A stretch of 64,000 bases of DNA, from NCBI GenBank assembly GCA_028534125.1, contig CM052832.1, positions 23,190,001 through 23,254,000 of the forward strand. Direction: 5' to 3'. Numbering within the stretch: position 1 is the stretch's first letter; each line of letters opens with the position of its first letter. Below are positions 23,421 through 33,815 of the stretch, piece by piece. Below the pieces are notes generated by a model, which saw only the letters and a list, made by a program, of their open reading frames with translations, had not been told where the DNA came from and ran no database searches. A program made the translations under genes and the position numbers. The DNA comes from Lama glama (taxonomy: Eukaryota).

Positions 23421-24699
23421 TTTTTAAAGATTTGTGCTTACATCAGTCTATTTTGTGAAAATACAGTTTACCTAGTCTGGACAGTTGTTTGGCTCCCTTC
23501 CCCACAGAACTGCTTTCACCAAACTGCATTTTACATTTACGCTGCTGGCTCAGGTTATGGAAGGTAAAAAGTTACACATTAACTTGGAGGATATTGTTGA
23601 GGACACTGTTCACTGCAGAACACAGGGTTCTCTCTATAAGGGCCAAGGAGGAGTTTCTCAGTACCAGGGGAGGTTTTATTTCTCCTAAGCAATCGCTCTT
23701 TTTTTTTTCCCTTAAAGATACACGACTAAAATTTCTGTGAGTGATGGTATTTTCCTACTGTGTCAAGAAAACTCAGAGCCAATTTTGTGAATTATCTCCA
23801 ATAATTTCAAAGAGCTAATGGTTCACAAAATTTTGTGTACTCACCTGTCCCTAGTTTTTACTGTATTTTTTCTAGTCTTTTTCATCAGCTCCAATTTCCA
23901 GTGGTGGTAGGTGCTGGCCTGGGGAAGGCCAGGCCCCCAGCTGAGAACAAGTCTCTAGGCAGAGACACTCCAAGCTCGAGAGCCCGCTAGGCATTGCAGC
24001 CAGCCACGTCCACGAAGAGCCTCCTGCAAGCGACCAGTTCAGGAGAAGCAGAACTGACCCTCCCACCTCAACGCTCAACACTGCTCCTACCCTAGTCCAT
24101 CCAGTAGGAAGACTGCAAGGGAGCTGGAAGTCACCTTAGAGAGAATTCAATATTTGGTTTTTTTAAAAAGCCACTTCCTCCACAAAAAAAAAAAAAAAAA
24201 GTAAAGGGTATTATCTACCTACTCTAGAGCCAAGAGAAGGGCCTGCACTATTCAGAAAAAGCCCTTAAGTAGCGGGTTCTCAGCAGAGCATGAGTGTGAG
24301 GAAGGAGGAGAGGAAGGTGAGTGAGAACCAGGAGTCTAGACCTGCAGCTGGGAGAAGGTGGGGGGTGGGGGGTGGACGGTAAAGGAGGAGAGCTTGAACA
24401 GAGTGAGATGTTGCAAAACGAGCAGGAATGAGTCACCTAAATGCGGTTGTTTTAATAGCCAAAGAGCTGTGATTCAAAATATCGTAAATAGCTCTCTCTG
24501 GTGATAGAATTGGGGTTTTTTATTTTCTTCTTTGCGCTTGCCTGAATCATCCAAATTTTTACAACAAACTTGTGAGACATTATAGTCAGATGAAAAAAGT
24601 TCGTTTTGAAACTAGTAAAACATTTAACATTAATATCTTGAGACGACGTCACAAAACCATACAATCCCATGAGTCAGCCAGAACTTCAGCAGCTACTAA

Positions 24700-25320
24700 A
24701 ACAAATTTGGTGATTCTCACAGTAATTAAGTGAACTTTCACTACCAGATAATAAAACATATGATGACACTACAGCAATGTAATGCGGTATAAACATAAGA
24801 ATTGATAGTGGAAACAAATAGTCTAGAAATGGAATCTAATACACATCTATTCAAAAAGAACTTAGATCACGGTAAAGGGGGTATTACTACTCATGGGGTA
24901 AGAGAAAGGATTATTTAATAAATGATGCTAAAATAGCAAGTTTATTTTAGGAGGAAGACAAATCATTACCTCACAATGTACAACAATATATATTTTGTAT
25001 GGATTAAACTGCTAAGTGTAAAAAATATACTCAGGAGACCCAGTAGAAATACATGTGCATTTATGACGTATGATTTAGAATACCCTCCTAAGCAAAATGC
25101 TAAAGGAAGAAAATAAACCAGAGAGAGAGAGTCTAATTTTCCTACGAACATGGTACATCTCTCCAGTTATTTGGATCTTAATTTTCACTTCCTCTCTGAG
25201 TTGTCTATGGACGTTGCAATTCTGGATATCATTTTCTTTCTCATATTTTTGTTATGTTCCAGGTTTTCTATAGTGATCATATAATCCTTTCATAGAAAAA
25301 AATTATTTTAAAATAAATGT
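24700..25320 (+). mobile_element. Ancient L1M(E) ORF2/3' fragments
   Basis: 'aaatagtctagaaatggaatc...ggattatttaataaatgatgct...ttacctcacaatgtacaac' are degraded L1 ORF2 motifs. Confidence 0.55.
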
Positions 25321-26264
25321 TTAAGGAAAAGACTAATTTAAAAGATCTTATAAACTCTGTTAAGTATCAAATGCTGAATGATAGCTGAATACCAAGAAGA
25401 AAGTTGCACATGAACGATGACAAGGCTATAGAGAAAGATTTCAGAAGAAACCATGTTAGAGAGAAAAGGGAATGAAGGAGAGCTTAGAGAATAATTAATT
25501 TGCTTTAATAACACTTTTAGTTCAGCTTTGATATCATCTACAACAAATCCTTGCCTTCTCCTAATAAGCAGGGAATGGAGATTATTCTGCGGCACAAGAG
25601 AAAGTCAAAGCAGCCTCTTGCAGTGTAGCCAAAAAAAAAAATCCAAGGTACAGGAGGTGTTAGTCAAGCAGCTGCAGTCTTTGTTATCTGTAGTCCTTTC
25701 TGATGGGCACTGAGGGATGGCAGAGACAGTGCGACCTTGACAGCAGCGACGGGCAGGCTCTAAAAGCAAGCAGCAGCGCATTGCCGCTCCAGAGCTCTGG
25801 GATGCATGAGGAATTTTCGTTAACTTCTTAGAATAATATCACCCTTTGGGGACACCACGGCTATTTTTTTTTTTAATACTTTCACTACCCAACTGTTGCC
25901 TGCAGACACAGCACAAATTTAATGGCTCTACATCAATTCGCCTTTGAAGAGAGTTCTGGCTCCCCAAGATGCCAGACCTAGCAAGGGAAAATGACACACC
26001 TTACAGAAAGGGAAAAGTGTGTTTCCCATGTCTGCAGGCCCTCGGCACACAGAGGCGCAGATCCATTAAAGGTGGCTGGAACAAAGTCACAGCCTCTTGG
26101 ATCCAGAGAGTCCTATCATTTCTATCTAACCCCCCTATCCAGATATATGTGGGAGAGGGAAGGGCAATGTGTCTGGCCTCAAGGCCAACCGCAGTTCTGA
26201 AGACACAGAATTCTCTTTTTCAAAGAAACACCCACATGAAAAGTTAGCAATCATCTTTCCTAAA

Positions 26265-26490
26265 TTTTGGAGAGAGCCAGCCTAAAACTGAAGCCAACCT
26301 AGCCAACCTAAAAGAAACAAAGTCAATATATGAGAGACAGACTCCTGACTGTGATTGAGTTTCTGGATCCTGCCATGCCTGAAACTAGAATTTTGTATTT
26401 TATAAAAACATGAAGTAAGTCAGTGCAACTCTGTTCACACCTTTTCTAATAAACCAGAGCTGGGTCCCCACCCGCTAAAGAAAACATGAA
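26265..26490 (+). mobile_element. Old MaLR LTR fragment (MLT1K-like)
   Basis: 'gagagccagcctaaaactgaagccaac...ctggatcctgccatgcctgaaactag'. Confidence 0.45.
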
Positions 26491-26689
26491 TTAAGAAATC
26501 CCTTTTTCAGGTTGGGTTTTTTCACTGGAAATACTCGCTTAGGTCAGTACAGCTCAACTCTGAATTCTGTGGCAAAGAGCACAACTCTGAAGAGTTACCT
26601 GGGATCCCCATATAAAGAGAATGAAGCGGTAACAAGCAGTCAACAGCCACAGCCGAGGAGAGCCCTGTCAAAAGGAATGATAGTCGCTG

Positions 26690-27000
26690 ACATGGATGTG
26701 ATGAGAAGGGCACTTCACCTCTCTGGTCTTCCTCCCCAAAACCCATGACCACAGGCTAATCATAAGAAAAACATGAAACAAATTCCACTAGAGCGGAATT
26801 CTGTGAAGTATCTGACCAGTTACTCTTTAAAACTGTCAAGAGCATCAAAAACGAGCAAAGTCTGAAAATCTGTCACAGGAAGAGGAGCCTAAAGAGACAT
26901 GATGACTAAGTGTAATGTAAATGTGGTAGCCTAGATAAGACCCAGGAACAGCAAAAGGACACTGTGGAGAGATTAATAAAATATGGAGTCTGGCTAATTA
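26690..27000 (+). mobile_element. L1MC/MD 3' UTR fragment
   Basis: 'gatgtgatgagaagggcacttcacctctctggtcttcctccccaaaacccat...gagacatgatgactaagtgtaatgt'. Confidence 0.75.
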
Positions 27001-27483
27001 AAAACAAGAGGGGGAAATAACCTCTGCATTCACTACGTTAGTCTCCGCTCTGATAGCTGAGTGGCCTGATAAGAGGAAGGCAAAGCAGAACTCCCTCAGT
27101 TCTAGCAGCTGGATCTGCTCCCATTTCCCTGAATTATACCTTTTCATCACAAAGCCTCTTCCACTCATTTAGCACATCAGGCTCTGTGCAAGGAACTGGG
27201 GCTCAAAGATACGCAAGCAATGGCCTCACACTCAAGGAATTTCCAATCTGGGGAGCACTGGACAAAAAAAGGTGGGTCTTTTGACTCCAGCAGTGGCTCT
27301 TAGACCCACTGCCTCCCCAGCAGAACTATCCCCGGGGGCTTGGCTTGGAGCCATCACTCCTTGGCTTAGAGGACCCCTACGCTGCAGAAAGCTGGGTCAT
27401 TAGAGAAGAGAAGAGGAAGGGAGAAAAAGGACTTAGCTCAGTGGGCTGGCTCCAAGAAATGCCCAGAGGCTCTTAAACCTATA

Positions 27484-27807
27484 CAGATCCACAATCCCTT
27501 TTCTTAAATCTTTGATGGAGATTTGCTTCAGAATGGAGAATTTTCAGAATTTAGAAAGCAAATACGGTGAATTCCTAAGACTTCCAGGAGGACCTGGAGC
27601 CATATCCCATAATCAAATGTACTAATATTATCAAAGCAAAACACTAATATCCACTCTAAGTGGGGTAAATATAATGATCATAAGTAGCCTCATAGGAATT
27701 CCAGACAGGTTTGGCTACCAATGAATTTTGGTGCCAAACTTACAGTAAAATTCTTGGTTTTTAGAGCTTTGTGATGTTAGAATTTTGGATAAGGGGTTAC
27801 AGGTCCG
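27484..27807. mobile_element. MER46C-like (TcMar-Tigger)
   Basis: TA then 'cagatccacaatccctt' ... 'ggataaggggttacaggtcc' TIR remnants; internal 'agaattttcagaatttagaaag'. Confidence 0.7.
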
Positions 27808-28042
27808 ATGAACCCTTTAAGCTTCAACCGCAAGAGAAAATCAGCAGTACTCTCCCCATCCCTTTCCACTGTCCCGCGGCTTGTGTCTGGTTCATTTCCT
27901 AACCATGAAGGAGATCATCCTTAATGTTCCTTCCAAACTCCTTTCACCCATATAATGATGACAGTGTTTTGGAAGGAGCTGGCCTGAACTCGTTTCTCCC
28001 CCTAAACCACTTCCTTATTTCTCCCCACCTCACCCACACATT

Positions 28043-28236
28043 ACTGGGAAATTCTTAAACTTGAGTATGGATCACAAACACCTGGAGGACTCATTTAAAC
28101 ACACATTACTGAGTATTACAACCAGAGTTTCTGATTCAGTAGGCCTGGGGCAGAGCCTGAGAACAGCATTTCTGACAAGTTCCCAGGTGCATCACTTGGA
28201 TGGTGCTGTCCTGGACCACACTTAAAGGATCCACTG
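28043..28236. mobile_element. MER5A (hAT-Charlie MITE)
   Basis: 'cttaaacttgagt...cagagtttctgattcagtaggcctgggg...gcatttctgacaagttcccaggtg...ggaccacactt...ccactg'. Confidence 0.8.
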
Positions 28237-28956
28237 CTTTACTTCACAGAGCTTCCTCATTCCACACTGAAGCGAAAAAATCGATAAACACTCAAACCCA
28301 TTTTTTATTTTCATAAAGATTATCTCCCAAATGACCCCAGTGTGTATTTGATGACTCACAGCTGCCTGTCTGTTTGACACACAGAGAGACAGAAAGACAG
28401 CTGGATACTTGTGAAAAGCTCTGTTGCCATGGGATTTTGATGGGATGCCACCCTGAAAAGCCCAAGCTAGGTTCTCCACTGGTATAGGAATCAAAACAGC
28501 AATTGTAAAGGGAATTGGGGAGAGGGGGTTAGATTTTTATTTTAAAGAAAATTCCTGAATTGAAATTGCTTTCCCAAACCACTGTATCATGTTGTTATGT
28601 GAAAAAACAACTTTGCAAATGATTTTCAAAAGTCATTAAACATGCGAAATACTATTTTCCTTTTAATGTACCTAACTGTCAGCTAACATGGAAGCTAGCA
28701 GATACAGATTCACTTCCTTGGGAATCAGGGACGTTTTGCAAACTCTCATAAGTTGTTTTTCCTAATTTCTCTACTTACAGGCCAGTTGCTAACTTCAAGA
28801 TATCTCTTTTGCACACCCATACATATGTTTTCTAACTCTATTTCTCCAGCTTTATTTTCTAGATATTATCCATTAAGTCCAGAAAAGTCTTTTCTTACTC
28901 CGTTTACTCCACGGTCCTTTCTAGACCAAGAGCCATCCATCTGCTATTACTTCAGT

Positions 28957-28975
28957 AGAGCACTAGATGGCGCCA
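28957..28975 (+). promoter_or_regulatory. Candidate CTCF site (forward orientation)
   Basis: AGAGCACTAGATGGCGCCA is close to the CTCF core consensus and retains its CpG. Confidence 0.5.
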
Positions 28976-30211
28976 GAAAGCTATCGCATCGGAGCAACTG
29001 AACAAGCATCCTGGGCTTTGCATCAAGGAGCTCTCAGCATTTCACATACAGTGCCTCAAATTTGCCCTCATAGGTATCATTTTCCTCAGACAGACACTAA
29101 AGAAACAAAAACAAACCGATACTCTAACAAATGAAGCACCTACCATTATCATTGTCGACATTCTGATTTACTTGCAAGGGGCCAGCCACATGGCTTCAAA
29201 GCAACTTCATGATTTTCCCACCATCTCAAAAGTTCTTATTTCCTCATATGCTAATTAGATCCAGAATCTCATCTCACTCCCGGAGAGGAATGTGTGAGAA
29301 CCAAATGCCATAACGGATTTGAAAGGCTTTTGTGAACTCTGACGGGTTATTCATTAATTGCCATTAGCACACATTTCCCCCTGAGATCAGAGCTTGTCCT
29401 GTGACAACACAGGCTGTAGAGGGAAAAGCAGTTTCTCTGCAGAAGGTATGAGGTGCTCTGCCCGGGAATGCAGTATTTCCATTGAGCTTGGCCAACATAC
29501 TCAGTAGCATACAGTGAAGGAACAGAAGTGTTATTCAGTTTCTGGACACCAGGGATTTGTTCTCCCCACTCTCTGGTTTAAGTATCACCCCTGACTTAAT
29601 TCCAGTCTCAGGCAGAAGCCTCAGCACACTCATTCCCTGTCCTCTCTGCAAACTCCGAGTGAAACTGAGCCCTAAGCAAAATAGTGAAAAAAGTGAAAAG
29701 AGTCTCAAAGTCTTCTTCATCCATACCCTGGTTTAACTTTTCCTCCACAGACAATCCTGCACCATCAGTTTTACCAAGGCTGTCCCTGTCACGTTGGGAA
29801 ATGAAAAGAAAAAGGAGTAAATGGCTTAACATGTTACCCCTTCCAGAAATATTTATATTTTAAGTGAGAATGGTAATAAAAGGACAGTGTTTCATCCAAA
29901 GGAATAAATCTCTAATGGTAGAATATGAAGCACTGTGGAGAAAAAGATTTTAAGTTACCATCTCTAATAGCTTTTACTAGAAGGCCCAGCCTGCTTTTTC
30001 TCCTTCTGCCCTGCCCCCAACTTTTTCTCTCTAGTCTATGCAACTGACCACAATCTGAAATGCACCTATTGTCTTTCCTTTCCTCTGTGCCTCTCAGCAA
30101 CCATACTTTTAAGTTTAAAAGAGCTTTCTTTCTGACCATAAACTCAATGGTCACATTCTCCTTCCTCTCTTATATACATTCTCAATAGAAATTAAGATAG
30201 CCACCATGTAA

Positions 30212-31545
30212 ATCAATGAAGTTAGAACACTCCCTCACACCATACACAAAAATAAACTGAAAATAGCTTAAAAACTTAAATATAAGACACAATAAACCTT
30301 CTAGAAGAAAACATAGGCAAAATATTCTCTGACATAAATTTTAGCAATGTTCTCCTAGGGCAGTCTATCCAGCCTATAGAAATGAAAGCAAAAATTAACA
30401 AGTGAGACCTAATTAAACTTACGAGCTTTTGCACAGCAAAGGAAACCATAAGCAAAGCAAAAAGACAACCTACAGAATGGAGGAAAATATTTGCAAATGA
30501 TGTGATTAACAAAGGCTTCATTTCCAGAATATATAAACAGCTCATACAACTTAATAACAAAAAAACAAACAACCCAATCCAAAAATGGGCTGAAGACCTA
30601 AACAAGCAATTATCCAATGAAGATATACAAATGGCCAATAGGCACATGAAAAAATGCTCAGTATCACTAATTATCAGAGAAATGCAAATCAAAACTACAA
30701 TGAGGTATCACCTCACACCAGTCAGAATGGCCATCATTAAGTCCACAAATAATAAATGCTGGAGCAGGTGTGGAGAAAAAGGAATCCTCCTACACTGTGG
30801 ATGGGAATGTAGGTGCAGCCAGTATGGAAAACAGTATGGAGATTCCTCAAAAAACTAAAAATAAACTTACTGTATGATCCAGCAATCCCACTCCTGGGCA
30901 TATATCTGGAGAGAACTCTAAGTTGAAAAGGTACATGCACCCCAATGTTCATAGCAGCTCTGTTTACAATAACCAAGACATGGAAGCAACTTAAATGTCC
31001 ATCAACAGATGACTGGATAAAGAAATTGGGGTATATTTATACAATGGAATACTACTCAGTCATAAAAAAGAATAAAATAATGCCATTTGCAGCAACATGG
31101 ATGGACCTAGAGACTGTCATTCTAAGTGAAGTAAGCCAGAAAGAGAAAGAAAAATGCCATATATCACTCATGTGTGGAATCTAAAAAAAGAAAAGAAAGG
31201 ACACTAAAGAACTCATCTACAAAACAGAAATAGACTTACAGACATAGTAAACAATCTTACAGTTACCAGGGGAAAGGGAGTGGGAAGGGATAAATTTGGG
31301 AGTTTGAGATCTGCAAATGTTAACCACTATATATATAAATAGATCTTTTTTTAAAGTTTCTTCTGTATAGCACAGGGAACCATATTCAATATCTTGTAAT
31401 AATGTTTAATGAAAACGAATATATGTATGTATATGCATGACTGGGACATTGTGCTTTGCACCAGCAACTGATACATTGTAACTGACTGTTCTTCAATTTT
31501 AAAAAATAATAACAACAAAATAAAAAGGGAAAATACTGGAAAAAA
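30212..31545 (+). mobile_element. 5'-truncated young L1 (ORF2 C-terminal Cys-rich region plus 3' UTR), frameshifted, with perfect 18-bp TSD
   Basis: ORFs 30502-30858 and 30945-31184 are L1 ORF2 ('[32 protein letters not shown]'); TSD AAGATAGCCACCATGTAA at 30194-30211 and 31546-31563; tt|aaga target. Confidence 0.95.
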
Positions 31546-32946
31546 AAGATAGCCACCATGTAAGTACCAGAACTATAATTCTTTACACTAATTTATAGTT
31601 GGAAAAAGTGTTTACATTCAACAGGAAAAAGGAGGAAAATGAGATGCAGGAAATTATATGAGGTCACAGGTCACAGCAGGATTCAGACACAAATGCAGAC
31701 CCCTGGCTCTCAGCAGCCCTAGGACTGCTCAGGAAGAAGACCAGAATAACAATGCCATGGAAATGTTCTAATGCCCCACATCTAAACCTCCAGGCCCAAG
31801 ACTTCCCATGGGGCCCAAAGGCAAATCATATCTACATCCAGCATTGGTGCCCTCGCTATTACTGGGGTATGGGAAGAAGACTGAAGATAGAAGTACGAGC
31901 TCAGCTCCCTGATCCTTTAAATACTTAAGACAAATTCCACCCTGAGCTTAACAGGACCCAAAGTACCATTTCCACATCCAGATTCAAACTTGGACCGTGG
32001 ATACCTTGAAAAACCATGAGTTAGGGGAGAAAAGAAATCTCCAGAAAGCAAAATAGTGGGGCAGTAAAACCATGTTCTTGATTCCAGATTCCTTAATCCT
32101 CCCTGAGGATGGCTTGTGTAAAAAGAGCTTTCTAGGCTGTTGTGAAAGAAGGGGAACCACCATATACTTTTTGAGTTTTCACTGAAACCCCTACTATGAT
32201 TTAACCATACACCAACAAACACCCTTTCCTCCAGTTAGTCCATTCCTAGCAGTGTTTCTTCTTTGGCCCGCATCAGAGCTGCCATGTCCCGTCCTGGGCC
32301 AGCCTCTCCTGACACCATACAGTAAACCCTTTGTCAGAGCTGCTACTCCTTCCCCACTGGGGAGAGCTCAAGGCCTGGGAAGAGATTCTCTGCCCTAAAA
32401 TAGAACTGAAGCCCCTGAACACCTTTTGGTCCTGAGTGTTTTAAACAGAGGAAGTAAGCAGAAATAAGAACTGAAAAGTTACTGACACAGCCTACCTATT
32501 TCTGAGGGTGCAGTCCTGTTAGTGGCCCTCTAAAAACTCCCTTCCACATCCAAGTGAAACACTTTGATCTGAGAGCTGGACAAGCGGCCCTGGCTCCCTA
32601 GGCCACCCCACTCCTCACGTTAGTCTCCCCCGTCATATGCCATACCTAGAGATGACTTCCACACAAAGCATCCAAAGACAGGAAGAGGAACAAGGCCTGA
32701 AGCTTATTCAGTGACTTAAGAACGTATCAGGCAGCCTTGTCAGCACAAAGGTGAGGCGTGGTCGCCGCCGCCCTGGGGCGACAAGTGAGCTTTAGTGCTT
32801 TCTTTCTGCACCGCCGAGGGCTGCCCTGGGATACCCTTGCTTCCAAAGGCCCAGTGGACACTGGATATACAACCCACACACCTGTGTACACGGGTATACG
32901 TGTATTTATATATATTTCTGCGTATATATGTACATAAATACGTACA

Positions 32947-33188
32947 CAGTCAGCCCTCGGTGTCCTCTGGGGACTGGTTCTAGGACACTCGCGGAGACCA
33001 AAATTCGTGGACGCACAAATGCCTTCTGTGAAATGACAGGAAACAGCCCGTTCCGCCCGCGGCTTCCGCCTTCGCCCCGCGGCTTCCGCCTTCGCCCCGC
33101 GGCTTCCGCCTTCGCCCCGCGGCTTCCGCCTTCGCCCCGCGGCTTCCGCCTTCGCCCCGCGGCTTCCGCCTCCCACTGATCGAAAATT
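32947..33188 (+). mobile_element. Tigger2/MER2-type DNA transposon remnant
   Basis: 'cagtcagccctcggtgtcctctggggactggttctaggac...accaaaattcgtggacgcacaa' aligns by eye with the related copy at 60343-60490. Confidence 0.65.
33051..33171 (+). repeat. GC-rich 20-bp minisatellite (GGCTTCCGCCTTCGCCCCGC) x5.5
   Basis: Five identical units at 33061-33160, a partial unit at 33161-33171 and a degenerate lead-in at 33051-33060. Confidence 0.97.
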
Positions 33189-33269
33189 GACACACAGTCC
33201 TTCAAGTGCGTGACCTAATGAGACTACAAAGGAAAATAACAATACCCTATACTTTTGTAAAATGTTCTA

Positions 33270-33440
33270 CCTTTAGCAAAAACTTTTGCATCTATCAGTG
33301 TATTGTTTCATTCCTAACTCATGAGGTAGATTAGGCAGATGTTATTAGTAGCCCTAGTTGATAGATGAGGAAATTAAACTCCAAATATGTTGTGCTGGTT
33401 TGACTCGAAACCAGAATCCAGGCTTAATGACCTCCATGTC
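33270..33440 (-). mobile_element. MIR SINE fragment
   Basis: 'atgaggtagattaggcagatgttattag...atagatgaggaaattaaactcc'. Confidence 0.6.
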
Positions 33441-33649
33441 ATCCTGCACCTAACAGATATTGTTTAGTAATGGTACAATTACATACGATGCAGTTTGGGG
33501 TGTAAATGTTCCGTGTTTTATAAATCCATTTTAAGAATTATTATTGCTGATAATACCCCCGCAGATCACTTTTTACCTCTATAATTAAAATCGGAGTGGA
33601 AATAAGCAAAAATTATTTGGATACTACCTATCTAAAAATAACCATTCTA

Positions 33650-33815
33650 TTATTTTTAACCCTACCTGCATATTAGGAATCAACTGAGGATCTCTTCAAA
33701 AATATCAATACCTGGGTTTCACAACCCTGAGAACTTGAAGTAGACTATCTGGGGATGGACAGGGCAAAGTAATTTTTTAAAGCTCCATGTAGGATGTTAA
33801 TATGCAACCACGAAC
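33650..33815. mobile_element. MER5B-like (hAT-Charlie)
   Basis: 'ctgcatattaggaatcaactgagg...tttttaaagctccatgtaggatgttaatatgcaacca'. Confidence 0.6.

Noticed and set aside
24350..24376. G-quadruplex
   Set aside because: Only three separable runs of 3 or more G; does not meet the canonical four-tract pattern
30276..31184. Host protein-coding ORFs (138, 118 and 79 aa), also 11456-12081
   Set aside because: Sense and antisense translations of frameshifted L1 ORF2
32882..32949. Imperfect hairpin, possible pre-miRNA
   Set aside because: Low-complexity alternating purine-pyrimidine (TA/CA/TG) sequence self-pairs trivially
33051..33171. CRISPR-like array
   Set aside because: Units are contiguous with no unique spacers, there are no cas genes, and the context is mammalian
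32727..33242. 171-aa and overlapping repetitive ORFs (GGSRGAKAEAAGRRRKPR...)
   Set aside because: By-product of the stop-free GC-rich 20-bp minisatellite; the unit is not a multiple of 3 and there is no splice or homology support
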